Origin: Cryomorpha ignava
GTDB lineage: Bacteria > Bacteroidota > Bacteroidia > Flavobacteriales_F > PHOS-HE28
NCBI GenBank assembly: GCA_040391235.1
Contig: JBEBYG010000006.1
Coordinates: forward strand, 52,602-116,601
DNA: 64,000 nt
Reading direction: 5' to 3'
The notes under the pieces were generated by a model that ran no database searches, had not been told where the DNA came from, and worked only from the letters and a program-made list of their open reading frames with translations. Position numbers and translations under genes: made by a program. Positions 48,603-58,675 of this stretch are shown in pieces. The stretch's first letter is position 1. Every line of letters begins with the position of its first letter.

Positions 48603-49993
48603 GCCAGGATCTGCCGTAGGAATAGCGAGGCGATGCTGAAGTAGATCACCAAGCCGGTAACGTCCACCATGGTGGCCACGAACGGTGCCGAAGAGGTGGC
48701 GGGATCGAACCCGACGCGTTTCAACAACAAGGGGAAGAGCGAGCCGATCAGGTTACCCCACACCACCACACCCACCAAGGACAAGGCAACGATGAAGCCG
48801 ACCAAGAGCCAGTGTGGTCCATACAGGTTCGTGAACTGGCTCCAGACTGCAACGCGCGCAAAGCCGATGATGGCCAAGGTGACACCGAGAATAAGGCCCA
48901 CGCTGGCTTCGCGACGGAAGATGCGCCACCATTCCTTTACAGTGATATCGCCCAGTGCCAATGCTCGAATGATGAGGGTGCTGGCCTGCGAGCCGGTGTT
49001 ACCTCCACTGGAAATGATCAGGGGAACGAAGAGCGCGAGCACCACCGCCTGCTCGATCTCATCCACGAAAAAGCCCATCGCCGTGGCCGTGAAGCTTTCG
49101 CCGATGAACAGCACGATCAACCAGCCGGAGCGCTTCTTCACCATGTCCCACAGGGTGCTATGGCTGTAGGAATATTCCAACGCTTCCATACCGGCCATGC
49201 GATGCGCATCCACGGTCTCCTCTTCGCGGATGGCGTCCACCACGTCGTCAATGGTGATCCGGCCCAGCAAGCGTCCGCGATCGTCCACCACCGGTAGGAT
49301 CACCAGGTCATACTTCTCCATGATCCGGCTCACTTCCTCCACGTGCTCCTGGGCATGCACGCTGATCACGTCGCGCTCGTAAACATCCTTCACCGGGGTG
49401 CGAAGGGAAGTGGTGACCAAGGCTTTCAGCGGAATGGAACCCACCAGCCGATCATAGTCATCCACTACCAGGATAACATAGATGTCATCCATCAAATCGG
49501 CGTGCTCACGCAGCTCGCGCACGCAATCCAGCATGCTCTTATCCTCCTTCACCTTCACCAACTCCTTGGCCATAAGGCCACCGGCGGTGTTCTCGTCGTA
49601 CGTGAGGAGTTCATTGATCTCGTTGCGTTGCTCAAGGTCCTCAATGTTCGCCAGTACTTCATCCCGGACTTCTTCCGAAAGCTCGGCCAGCATGTCCGCC
49701 GCATCGTCCGAATCGATGTGCTCGATCAGCTCCTCCGCGATCTCCTTCCCGGTGTAGTTGCCAAGCAGGTCATCGCGCCGGTCCTCCGGAACTTCCAGCA
49801 CAACTTCCGCCGCCAGCTGGGGTTCCAGTCGCTCGAAGAGGTATTGCGCTTCTTTCAGGTTCAGTTGGTCCAGCACTTCGGCGATGTCCGCAGGGTGCAG
49901 GTCGTTCACCGCCGCCAAGAGTTCCTCGTCGCGCTGTTGGGCCACGTGTTCCTGGATCCGTTCCAGGTTCGCTTTGCTGAGGGTGAAGGTCAT
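48599..49993 (-). CDS. mgtE: Magnesium transporter MgtE
   Basis: N-terminal MgtE_N, tandem CBS domains and a C-terminal 5-TM MgtE domain. 464 aa. Confidence 0.9.
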   Translation of the reverse strand: MTFTLSKANLERIQEHVAQQRDEELLAAVNDLHPADIAEVLDQLNLKEAQYLFERLEPQLAAEVVLEVPEDRRDDLLGNYTGKEIAEELIEHIDSDDAADMLAELSEEVRDEVLANIEDLEQRNEINELLTYDENTAGGLMAKELVKVKEDKSMLDCVRELREHADLMDDIYVILVVDDYDRLVGSIPLKALVTTSLRTPVKDVYERDVISVHAQEHVEEVSRIMEKYDLVILPVVDDRGRLLGRITIDDVVDAIREEETVDAHRMAGMEALEYSYSHSTLWDMVKKRSGWLIVLFIGESFTATAMGFFVDEIEQAVVLALFVPLIISSGGNTGSQASTLIIRALALGDITVKEWWRIFRREASVGLILGVTLAIIGFARVAVWSQFTNLYGPHWLLVGFIVALSLVGVVVWGNLIGSLFPLLLKRVGFDPATSSAPFVATMVDVTGLVIYFSIASLFLRQILA

Positions 49994-50090
49994 GGTTGCC
50001 GGGGTTCAGATGCCGGTTGAAGGTCGCGAAACTACTGGAATGAGGAACAAGCTACATATTGCCCCGAGCCTTGCAGGGGCATCCGGCCTC

Positions 50091-50894
50091 TCAACAGTCC
50101 GGAGCGGCCGGTTGTTCAGGAGGTACGCACTGGAGCGCCAAGTTGATGAAGTCTTCCACGGAAAGCTGTTCCGCGCGTTTCCGCGCATACTCCGGCGGCA
50201 CTCCGGCGCTCAATGGCAGAAAGCTTTTCAGGGCATTGTGCAATGTCTTCCGGCGCTGCCCGAATGCAGCCTTCACCAAGCGACGCAGCAAACGCTCATC
50301 GCAAGGCAACTCCATCCGTTCGTTGCGCTGCATGCGGATCACCGCGCTGCGCACCTTGGGCGGTGGGATGAATGAGTCCGGTTCCACAATGAACAACAAC
50401 TCCAGATCATACCAGAGTTGCGTCAGTACGCTCGTGATCCCATAGGTGCGGCTTCCGGGGCCGGCACAGAGGCGATCGGCCACTTCCTTTTGGAACATGC
50501 CCACCAGCTCCGGCACCATGTCCCGGTTCTCAAGCACCTTGAAGATGATCTGCGTGCTGATGTTGTAAGGGAAATTCCCGATCACGGCCAAGGGTCCTTG
50601 GCTGACACGGGAGAGCTCCATGTGCAAGAGGTCACCTTGCACGACGCGTAGCTCGGGCCACTTTTCACGCAGGTGTTCCACGGATTCGTGATCCAGCTCA
50701 ATGCATGTGAGCTCGATATCGCTGCGGTCCTTTAGATGGATGGTCAACGCACCGGTGCCAGGCCCGACTTCCAGCACATCGCGATAACCACCATGGTGGG
50801 TGAGCCCTTCGGCGATGCGAAGCGCGATCTCCTCATCCTTCAGGAAATGCTGACCGAGGTGCTTTTTCGCACGGACTTGCATCATCCGCATCAA
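50091..50894 (-). CDS. rsmA: 16S rRNA (adenine1518/1519-N6)-dimethyltransferase RsmA/KsgA
   Basis: LGQHFL motif and SAM-binding EVGPGTGALT. Confidence 0.9.
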   Translation of the reverse strand: MMRMMQVRAKKHLGQHFLKDEEIALRIAEGLTHHGGYRDVLEVGPGTGALTIHLKDRSDIELTCIELDHESVEHLREKWPELRVVQGDLLHMELSRVSQGPLAVIGNFPYNISTQIIFKVLENRDMVPELVGMFQKEVADRLCAGPGSRTYGITSVLTQLWYDLELLFIVEPDSFIPPPKVRSAVIRMQRNERMELPCDERLLRRLVKAAFGQRRKTLHNALKSFLPLSAGVPPEYARKRAEQLSVEDFINLALQCVPPEQPAAPDC

Positions 50895-51199
50895 GCGTTG
50901 TGGAGCACTTCCAGTAGGGTGCGGAATGCGAGTGCCTTGCCGCCGTAGTACTTCTCGGATTCAGCCATCAGCCGTTTCGCATGCTCATCGCGGTAGCGCT
51001 CGTAGGCCTCCATGTTCGCACAGGTGTATTGAATGGCGTAGGTCACTCCTGAATCTTCTTCGCTCAGCACGCGGCAGAGGCGGGCGTTCAGGAACAGGCC
51101 GGTCGCCATCACTTCCGGCAAGTGTGTGTTGCGCATCCAAGCGAGCCACATCTCGTGTACTTCGGTGTCCACGCTCACGGTGACGTTGTATATGATCAT
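50891..51199 (-). CDS. DUF4286-family protein
   Basis: MIIYNVTVSVDTEVHEMWLAWMRNTHLPEVMATGLF matches the DUF4286 N-terminus. Confidence 0.75.
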   Translation of the reverse strand: MIIYNVTVSVDTEVHEMWLAWMRNTHLPEVMATGLFLNARLCRVLSEEDSGVTYAIQYTCANMEAYERYRDEHAKRLMAESEKYYGGKALAFRTLLEVLHNA

Positions 51200-53079
51200 G
51201 GGGTAGGGCCGAGAAGGAATTGTTGTTCGGGCGTGCTCAGGTTGTCGTGGTCGCCGCGCAGGCGGCGGTATCGCTCGCGGGCAGTGGCCACGTAGATGCT
51301 GCCGCTCTGTTCGAAGAGCAGTTTCTCATACCACTTTTTTGCCTGCTCCTTGTCGTTCAGGTCGTTCTCATAGAGCTGGCCCAGATCGAACATGGCATTG
51401 TCCACCAGGATGTCGTTGGGGTAGAGCTCCACCACTTTCTCAAGGTATCCGGCGGCCTCGGTGAACTGATGGCGGGCAAGCGCGATGCGGTAGCGTGCGT
51501 AGAGCACATCGTCGCCCAAGCTGGCCTGTGGGAAACGGGCATTGAGGGTATCCAGCACTACGAGGGCACTATCGTAACGGTGCTGGAAGGTGAGCAATTG
51601 AGCCTTTGCGAACAGGCTGAGCGATTCGCTCACCGTATCCACACCGAGATTGTCCGTGATCAGCAGCGACAGCTCCATGGCATCGTTCGCGATCAACTTG
51701 CTGGTGCTGGCCTTCAGTACATCCAGTTGCGCCCGGGCCCAGAGGAAGTCGCCGGAGTAGAAGCTCACTTTGACATTCCGCAAGCGTGCCTCATGGCCCA
51801 AAATGTCCTGCTTGAAGTCGAGGTCCACTTGAGAGTACAGCAGGGAAGCATCCCAGATATCGCCTTCCAACACTTGGATGTCCCCGAGCTCGAGTTTCAA
51901 CTGGCCTTGCTCTTTGCGACCAAGTCCCGGTATGTTGAGGGCCTCTTGCAGCAGAGCCACGGCTGCTGGCGTATTGTTGAGGTAGTAAGCGTTCAGTTGC
52001 GCCAGTCCACTCACGAGCCTGACGTTGGCCGGTGTGCGACCCAGTTCGCTCAGCGTGGCCTCATACTGCTGCCGCAGCTGCACCAATTGCTCTTGCGGCG
52101 GGTTGCTCTGGCTGCGTACCTGGGCATCCAAGGACGTGACCAATCCGATGCGGGCGGCGCCATACCACGGCGAATTGCCTCCCAGGGCGACCACGTATTC
52201 ATAGCATTTGGTGGCCGTGCTCCAATCCTTGTTGTTCACCGCCATATCGCCCAAGGCCATCAGTCGCTGACCGCCTTCATTGAAGCGCTTGTCCATGGCA
52301 CGGCTTTGTACAAAGGCACTGTTGAGGTCCTTCCGTTGGATGTACACCCAAATGAGCATCTCTTGGAAGAGCGTGTTGTCCGGCTGCTTCTGGATGCGGC
52401 GCAAGAGCTCGGTACGGAGGATGTCCGAGCGCGTATCAGTGCTGGTGAAATCGATGAAGCGCCCCAATCCGTTCTGCACGGCCTGCATGTAGCTCGGGTT
52501 GCCCTGCAAGAGGTCCATGTAGTCGCTCACCATTCCGGGTACATCGCCTTTGGCGGCGCGCAGGCTGGCCGTTTCGTAGAAGAAGTCGGCGTCGCTCTTC
52601 AGCAATTTCCGGCCGCGCTCATAGGCCAGTAGCGCGTAGTCGAGTTCATTGTACTTGGTGAAGGCATTGGCGAGGTTGCGGATGGAACCCTGCTCCGGCT
52701 TCATGCTTTTCAACGCCTTGTCGAACTGTTGATCAGCCTTGGTCGTGTCGCCCTGGAGCTTCAGCACCATACCTATATCCACGAGGTAGCGCGGGTCGCC
52801 ACCTTGCTTGCGCATCTGCTCCTTGGCCAGTTTTTCCGCATCACTGTATTGCGCCGCTCCGGTATAAGCTTTCAGTAATTGCTCGTAATACAGGTTGTTG
52901 GGCTGTTGCTTATACAGCTGCTCGTAGTAGAGTATGGCCTTGGAGAATTCCCCTTGGCGCATGTACTCCGCTGCGAGCTGCTCGTCGGTGCCCGGCTGTG
53001 CCCACGCACCCTGCGTAGCTGCGCAGGCCAGCAGGATCAAGAGGAAGCGGAAGAAAGGAGAGAGGATCCGTATGGTCAT
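51196..53079 (-). CDS. Tetratricopeptide-repeat protein (secreted)
   Basis: Signal peptide and multiple TPR-like helical hairpins. 627 aa. Confidence 0.75.
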   Translation of the reverse strand: MTIRILSPFFRFLLILLACAATQGAWAQPGTDEQLAAEYMRQGEFSKAILYYEQLYKQQPNNLYYEQLLKAYTGAAQYSDAEKLAKEQMRKQGGDPRYLVDIGMVLKLQGDTTKADQQFDKALKSMKPEQGSIRNLANAFTKYNELDYALLAYERGRKLLKSDADFFYETASLRAAKGDVPGMVSDYMDLLQGNPSYMQAVQNGLGRFIDFTSTDTRSDILRTELLRRIQKQPDNTLFQEMLIWVYIQRKDLNSAFVQSRAMDKRFNEGGQRLMALGDMAVNNKDWSTATKCYEYVVALGGNSPWYGAARIGLVTSLDAQVRSQSNPPQEQLVQLRQQYEATLSELGRTPANVRLVSGLAQLNAYYLNNTPAAVALLQEALNIPGLGRKEQGQLKLELGDIQVLEGDIWDASLLYSQVDLDFKQDILGHEARLRNVKVSFYSGDFLWARAQLDVLKASTSKLIANDAMELSLLITDNLGVDTVSESLSLFAKAQLLTFQHRYDSALVVLDTLNARFPQASLGDDVLYARYRIALARHQFTEAAGYLEKVVELYPNDILVDNAMFDLGQLYENDLNDKEQAKKWYEKLLFEQSGSIYVATARERYRRLRGDHDNLSTPEQQFLLGPTP

Positions 53080-53618
53080 TGGCGAAGCAGGGAATCGATC
53101 GAGGCACGGTAGCCCGCGCGGTCACGGATGAGCACTTGGGTGATGGCCGCCACCGTGTCCAGGTCTTGGCGAAGCGCGTTGTTCCAACGTTGCTCCATCT
53201 CCAACGCTTCCTGTCGCTTGTTCTTGCTCAGTAGGCCTTGCTCCAGATCGTGGCGCAGGTTCCGCAGGCGGAACAGGGTGCTGTCCAAACGGGCGCGTTC
53301 AACGTGGCGTGCGGATAGAAGACCCGGTAGACGTTCTGCCATGGCCCGGTGGTAATTGCCCAATACCTCCGCCTCATGCGGGAGCAAGGTGTCCCGGAAG
53401 CGTTGTTCGATACCGGGGCGCTCCGCCTCGAACAGCGAACACATGTGCCGGAGGGCAGTGGTGTCCAAGCTGTTCAGTTCGATGCGCATGCTTTCGGTCT
53501 GTTGGATCATTTGTTCCACCGTGGCCATATCAGCGGGGTTCGCCGGCCGGGAGCATGCGGAGAGCAAGCTGCCCGATGCCAACGCCAGAAGGACCGCCAC
53601 CGGTATGGCCCGTGTCAT
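53076..53618 (-). CDS. Hypothetical lipoprotein
   Basis: Signal peptide with LSAC lipobox. Helical and charged. It sits between serS and the TPR gene with 4-nt overlaps. Confidence 0.5.
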   Translation of the reverse strand: MTRAIPVAVLLALASGSLLSACSRPANPADMATVEQMIQQTESMRIELNSLDTTALRHMCSLFEAERPGIEQRFRDTLLPHEAEVLGNYHRAMAERLPGLLSARHVERARLDSTLFRLRNLRHDLEQGLLSKNKRQEALEMEQRWNNALRQDLDTVAAITQVLIRDRAGYRASIDSLLRQ

Positions 53619-54892
53619 TTTTTCACGATCAGGTCGAAGCCGGTGTAAGGTCGAAGCGCGGGCGGAATGCGAATGCCTTCCTGCGTTTGGTTGTTCTCCA
53701 GCAGGGCCGCTACGATGCGGGCCAAAGCCAGCGCACTGCCGTTCAAGGTATGGGCCAAGCGTGGCTTCTTGTCCTCACCGCGGTAGCGCAGCTTCAACCG
53801 GTTGCTCTGGTAGGTCTCGAAGTTGCTGATGGAGCTCACTTCCAGCCAGCGCTTCTGCGCACCGGCATACACCTCCATGTCGTAGGTGATCGCACTTGTG
53901 AAGCCCATGTCGCCACCGCAAAGCAGCAGTTGACGGTAGGGGAGTTCCAGCGCTTCGAGCAGCCCTTTCACGTGGTTGACCATCTCCTCCAAGGCGGCAT
54001 CGCTGTTCTCCGGCGTTTCCACCCGCACGATCTCCACCTTGTCGAACTGGTGTACGCGGTTCAGCCCCCGTACATCCTTGCCGTAGCTGCCCGCCTCACG
54101 ACGGAAGCAGGGCGTATGGCCCACGCGCTTCACAGGAAGTTCGTCGGCATCGAGGATCTCGTTCCGAAAGAGGTTTGTGATGGGCACCTCGGCCGTGGGG
54201 ATCAGGTACAGATCATCCGCAGTGGCGTGGTACATTTGGCCTTCCTTGTCGGGCAATTGCCCAGTGGCGTAGGCTGAATCGGCGTTCACCATCAAAGGCG
54301 GCATCACCTCCACATAGCCTGCCTCGATGGCGCGGTCCAGGAAGAAGGCGATCAGCGCCCGTTGGAGTTTCGCGCCTTGGCCGGTGTAAACGGGGAAGCC
54401 AGCACCCGTCAGCTTCACACCTTGTTCCAGGCTGAAGAGGTTGTAATCTTCGCCAAGGTCCCAATGCGGCTTGGCGCTTTCGGGAAGTTCCGGCAGGTCG
54501 CCATGCTGCATCACGGTCACGTTCTCCTCCGGTGTTTTGCCTGCGGGAACACGGTCCTGTGGCACGTTCGGGATGTTGCAGAGGTGATCGTGCAAGGCAC
54601 GTTCAGCTCCGGTCAATTCATCCTTCAATGCGGTGATCCGATCCTTCAGCTCAGCGGTCCGTTGCTTGGCGTCCTCGGCCTCGTCCTTCTTACCGGCCTT
54701 CATCAGTTCACCGATGGTACGGCTCTGGTCGTTCATCTCGGCGAGCTTCGCATCCAGTACGTTCTGCGTGCTCCGGCGATGCTCGTCCAGCTCGGCGGCC
54801 TTGGAGAGCAATGCATCGGCATCGAGGTTGCGTTTGGCCAAGCGGGTGCGGGCTTCTTCGGGTTTGCTGCGCAGGTAGGCGGTTTCCAGCAT
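53615..54892 (-). CDS. serS: Serine--tRNA ligase
   Basis: N-terminal coiled-coil tRNA-binding arm plus a class-II catalytic core. 425 aa. Confidence 0.9.
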   Translation of the reverse strand: MLETAYLRSKPEEARTRLAKRNLDADALLSKAAELDEHRRSTQNVLDAKLAEMNDQSRTIGELMKAGKKDEAEDAKQRTAELKDRITALKDELTGAERALHDHLCNIPNVPQDRVPAGKTPEENVTVMQHGDLPELPESAKPHWDLGEDYNLFSLEQGVKLTGAGFPVYTGQGAKLQRALIAFFLDRAIEAGYVEVMPPLMVNADSAYATGQLPDKEGQMYHATADDLYLIPTAEVPITNLFRNEILDADELPVKRVGHTPCFRREAGSYGKDVRGLNRVHQFDKVEIVRVETPENSDAALEEMVNHVKGLLEALELPYRQLLLCGGDMGFTSAITYDMEVYAGAQKRWLEVSSISNFETYQSNRLKLRYRGEDKKPRLAHTLNGSALALARIVAALLENNQTQEGIRIPPALRPYTGFDLIVKK

Positions 54893-55039
54893 AGGGAATG
54901 GTTTCTTATAGGAACGCGCGAAGGTAAGGATGGGTGGTGGTGGGCGCTTTATGGTCTAATTGTCGCATCCGGAAGGTGGTTCTGGAGGCAGTAAGCGCCC
55001 TAAGTCCAGCCCTTACCTTTGCGTGCTCCTTTGCACACC

Positions 55040-55459
55040 ATGCCAGTAGTTCACATCACTCGTCGCGAGCGCTTCAGTGCCGCGCATAGGCTCGGTCGCC
55101 CCGAATGGAGCATCGAGAAGAATTTCGCCACGTTCGGAAAGTGTTCCAACCCGAATTGGCACGGCCACAACTACGAGCTGTGGGTAACGGTGAAGGGAGA
55201 AACCGAGCCGGAGACCGGCTTTGTGATCGACCTCTCCGCGTTGAGCCGCATCATGCACGAGCACGTGATCGATCTGGTGGATCACAAGAACCTGGATCTG
55301 GATGTGCCCTTCATGAAAGGTGTGGGCAGCACCACTGAGAACCTGGCCGTGGGTATCTGGAAGCAGCTGGAAGGGCCCATCGCGAAGATCGGCGGCTCCT
55401 TGCAGCGGGTGAAGATCTCGGAAACGGAGAACAACAGCGTTGAATATTTCGGTGAATAG
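55040..55459 (+). CDS. queD: 6-carboxy-5,6,7,8-tetrahydropterin synthase / 6-pyruvoyl-tetrahydropterin synthase family
   Basis: Motifs [24 protein letters not shown]. The ATG at 55040 is preferred over the TTG at 55019. Confidence 0.8.
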   Translation: MPVVHITRRERFSAAHRLGRPEWSIEKNFATFGKCSNPNWHGHNYELWVTVKGETEPETGFVIDLSALSRIMHEHVIDLVDHKNLDLDVPFMKGVGSTTENLAVGIWKQLEGPIAKIGGSLQRVKISETENNSVEYFGE

Positions 55460-55461
55460 CC

Positions 55462-56145
55462 ATGGCGAAAACCACAGGAAAGAAGGGGGCCAACACCGCG
55501 AAGTCAGGGCGGGCGACCAATGGTACCAGCCCCATTGAGAAGGTCAAACGCTACCAGCGCGTCGATCAGTTCGAGCCGGAACGTGTGGAGCGCATCAGTG
55601 CACACTACGGGGATATCCTGAAGGCGATCGGAGAGGACCCGAAGCGCGAGGGACTGCTGCGTACGCCGGAGCGTGTGGCCAAAAGCCTGCAATACCTCAC
55701 CCAAGGCTACGATCTGGATCCCGCTGCTATCCTGCGCAAGGCCCTCTTCAAGGAGGCCTACAGCCAGATGGTGGTGGTGAAGGACATCGAGGTGTACAGC
55801 CTCTGCGAGCACCATATGTTGCCCTTTTTCGGAAAAGCGCACGTGGCCTACGTTCCGAACGGCCAGATCACCGGGCTCAGCAAGATCCCGCGGGTGGTGG
55901 ATGCCTTTGCGCGCCGCCTCCAAGTGCAGGAGCGCCTCACGAACGAGATCCGCGACTGTATCCAGGACACCTTGCAGCCATTGGGCGTTGCCGTGGTGAT
56001 CGAGGCGTCCCACCTTTGCATGCAGATGCGCGGCATCCAAAAGCAGAACAGCGTTACTACAACTTCCGCCTTTACTGGCATTTTTCTTGATGACCACCGC
56101 ACGCGCGAGGAGTTCATCAAGCTGATCTCCGCGAAGCTCCACTGA
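55462..56145 (+). CDS. folE: GTP cyclohydrolase I
   Basis: Motifs [22 protein letters not shown] and HLCMQMRG. Confidence 0.9.
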   Translation: MAKTTGKKGANTAKSGRATNGTSPIEKVKRYQRVDQFEPERVERISAHYGDILKAIGEDPKREGLLRTPERVAKSLQYLTQGYDLDPAAILRKALFKEAYSQMVVVKDIEVYSLCEHHMLPFFGKAHVAYVPNGQITGLSKIPRVVDAFARRLQVQERLTNEIRDCIQDTLQPLGVAVVIEASHLCMQMRGIQKQNSVTTTSAFTGIFLDDHRTREEFIKLISAKLH

Positions 56146-56165
56146 TCCCAACCCCAAACAGAACC

Positions 56166-56912
56166 ATGTTCCGCAGTTCCCTTTCCACCCTTACGTCCGA
56201 CCAGCAGACGCATCCCGGCTTCGTTGCGAACCCGGATGAAGTGCGTGCATTCCTCGCGAAGGTCTTCACGTACATGACCATGGCTCTCGTCATCAGTGGC
56301 GGAGTGGCCTACTGGTTCGGCCACGATCTGAGCCTGATCTCCCGCTTGATCAACGTCCAGACCGGGGGTATGACCATCCTCGGTTGGGTGGTGATGCTGG
56401 CGCCTTTGGCCTTGGTCTTCGTCATGAGCGGTATGATCAATCGCCTGAGTGGAAGTATGCTTTTGACGGTCTTTATTGCCTATTCGGCACTAACGGGCGC
56501 CAGTTTGTCATTCATTTTCTTGGCCTACACGGCTACCTCCATCGCTACGGTGTTCTTCGTCACAGCTGCGGTATTCGGCCTTATGGCGGTGGCAGGTTAC
56601 ACCACCAAAACGGACCTCACCAAGCTCGGAAGCATCCTCTTCATCGGCCTCATCGGCATCGTGATCGCCATGGTGGTGAACATGTTCATGAAGAGTGATA
56701 CCATGGGCTACGTGATCAGCGTGATCAGCGTGATCATCTTCACCGGCCTTACCGCATACGACATGCAGCGCCTGAAGAACCTCGGCGGCACCATGATCAG
56801 CGGTACGGAGGTCGCTCAGAAAATGGCCCTGATGGGTGCATTGAGCCTGTACCTCGATTTCCTCAACCTCTTCCTTTCCCTATTGCGCCTGTTCGGAGAC
56901 CGGAGGAGCTAA
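56166..56912 (+). CDS. Bax-inhibitor-1/YccA-family membrane protein
   Basis: 7-TM profile with a BI-1-like C-terminal segment. Confidence 0.75.
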   Translation: MFRSSLSTLTSDQQTHPGFVANPDEVRAFLAKVFTYMTMALVISGGVAYWFGHDLSLISRLINVQTGGMTILGWVVMLAPLALVFVMSGMINRLSGSMLLTVFIAYSALTGASLSFIFLAYTATSIATVFFVTAAVFGLMAVAGYTTKTDLTKLGSILFIGLIGIVIAMVVNMFMKSDTMGYVISVISVIIFTGLTAYDMQRLKNLGGTMISGTEVAQKMALMGALSLYLDFLNLFLSLLRLFGDRRS

Positions 56913-57025
56913 GACATTGGGGGCCATTTCAAATGCGCTGGCTGGATTCATTCGGCTGGCTGTGGTTGAATCCGCGTTAGGTCCGCCGTGAGCGGCTCCT
57001 ATCTTTGAAGATCTTACACCATTGC

Positions 57026-57901
57026 ATGAAAGCATACGTTTTCCCCGGCCAAGGCAGCCAATTTCCCGGTATGGGCAAGGAACTCTATGAGTCCGATGCC
57101 AATGCCCGCGTCTTCTTTGAGCACGCCAACAACATCCTCGGTTTCAACATTACCGATGTAATGTTCGACGGCACTGAGGAAGACCTGAAGCAGACCAACG
57201 TCACGCAACCTGCGATCTTCCTGCACAGCGTGATCCGGGCGAAAACCATGGGCGATGCCTTCCAGCCGGACATGGTGGCGGGGCATTCCCTCGGGGAATT
57301 CAGCGCGCTGGTTGCGGCTGGAGCGATGGAATTTACCGATGGGTTGAAGCTGGTGGCCGCTCGTGCCAATGCCATGCAGAAGGCGTGCGAGGCCCAACCC
57401 GGTACCATGGCTGCCATTCTGGGAATGGAGGATGAAAAGGTCGAAGAGATCTGCGCATCCATTCCTGGCATCGTGGTGCCTGCCAACTACAACTGCCCCG
57501 GTCAGCTGGTGATCAGCGGAACGCTTGAAGCGGTGAATGCCGCCTGCGAAGCCCTGAAGGCCGCTGGTGCGAAACGTGCTTTGCTACTTCCTGTGGGTGG
57601 TGCCTTCCACAGCCCACTGATGGAGCCTGCACGCGCCGAACTGGCCACGGCCATTGCGTTTACACCCATCGTGGATCCGCGCTGTCCCATCTATCAGAAC
57701 GTGGATGCGACCGGCCGCAAGGATCCTGCACGCATCAAGGCCAACCTCATTGCGCAACTCACCGCTCCTGTGCGCTGGACGCAGATCATGAACAACATGC
57801 TCGCTGATGGCGCAAGCAACATCGTGGAGTGTGGCCCCGGCAAGGTGTTGCAAGGCTTGTTCAAGAAGGTGAACAAGGAAGTGGAGACGAGCGCGGCCTG
57901 A
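57026..57901 (+). CDS. fabD: Malonyl-CoA:ACP transacylase
   Basis: Motifs FVFPGQGSQ and GHSLGEFSALV. The ATG at 57026 is preferred over the TTG at 57005. Confidence 0.9.
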   Translation: MKAYVFPGQGSQFPGMGKELYESDANARVFFEHANNILGFNITDVMFDGTEEDLKQTNVTQPAIFLHSVIRAKTMGDAFQPDMVAGHSLGEFSALVAAGAMEFTDGLKLVAARANAMQKACEAQPGTMAAILGMEDEKVEEICASIPGIVVPANYNCPGQLVISGTLEAVNAACEALKAAGAKRALLLPVGGAFHSPLMEPARAELATAIAFTPIVDPRCPIYQNVDATGRKDPARIKANLIAQLTAPVRWTQIMNNMLADGASNIVECGPGKVLQGLFKKVNKEVETSAA

Positions 57902-57925
57902 CCTCCGGCGGAGGTATAGAGAGGC

Positions 57926-58675
57926 CTACAACGTCGGATTCAACAGCTTCCCGTTGTCGATCAGCTTGTGTAGATAGGGCTCCGTGCGCGCTGCTTGGAT
58001 CGCTTCAATGTGCTTCATGCTGTGGCAATCGCTGCCCACCAGATCATACCAGCCCTTGTCGATGATCTTTTCCGCAGCCTTCTTTACCGCAGGTCCATAG
58101 GCACCTGCCAACGCGATCATGTTCAGCTGGAAGAGCACGCTGCGGTCCTTCAGCTTCTCCATCATGCTCATGTCCGTGTGCCAGAACTGGTAACGCTCAG
58201 GATGGGCCAGCACCGGGCGGAAACCTTGGGTCTGCATCTCGAACACGATGCTCAGTAATACCGCCGGCTCGCTGATGAACGGGAGCTCGAAAAGCACCAT
58301 GTCCGTGCCGAAGGTGAGCAGCTGTTGTGCGGCGATCTTCTCCTGCAACGCGTGGTCCAAGTAGTATTCCGCAGCGGCATCCACAGCGATCGAAAGACCT
58401 TCCTCCTGCACGGCACGACGTACTTTTTCCAAGCCACCCAGGATCACCTCCGGCGGATTCTTGTAGCCATCCGCCATGCTGTGCGGGGTGGTTATCACCT
58501 TCTCGTAGCCCAGATCATGCATCGCACGGAGCAATTCCATGCTGGCCTCAATGGTGGGGGCACCATCGTCGATACCGGGGATGAAGTGCGAGTGCACATC
58601 ACATTTCAGCACGCTCAGGTCCGCCGGTGGCATGGCCTGCCGCCCTTTACCAAAGATGTTGCCCAAGATGCCCAT
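57926..58675 (-). CDS. CpsB/YwqE-family PHP-domain protein-tyrosine phosphatase (capsule/EPS regulation)
   Basis: DVHSHFIPGIDDGAPT plus later His/Asp metal ligands (HPERY, DCHS). The start is at the internal MGILGN, 1 nt overlapping the rfbB stop. Confidence 0.7.
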   Translation of the reverse strand: MGILGNIFGKGRQAMPPADLSVLKCDVHSHFIPGIDDGAPTIEASMELLRAMHDLGYEKVITTPHSMADGYKNPPEVILGGLEKVRRAVQEEGLSIAVDAAAEYYLDHALQEKIAAQQLLTFGTDMVLFELPFISEPAVLLSIVFEMQTQGFRPVLAHPERYQFWHTDMSMMEKLKDRSVLFQLNMIALAGAYGPAVKKAAEKIIDKGWYDLVGSDCHSMKHIEAIQAARTEPYLHKLIDNGKLLNPTL

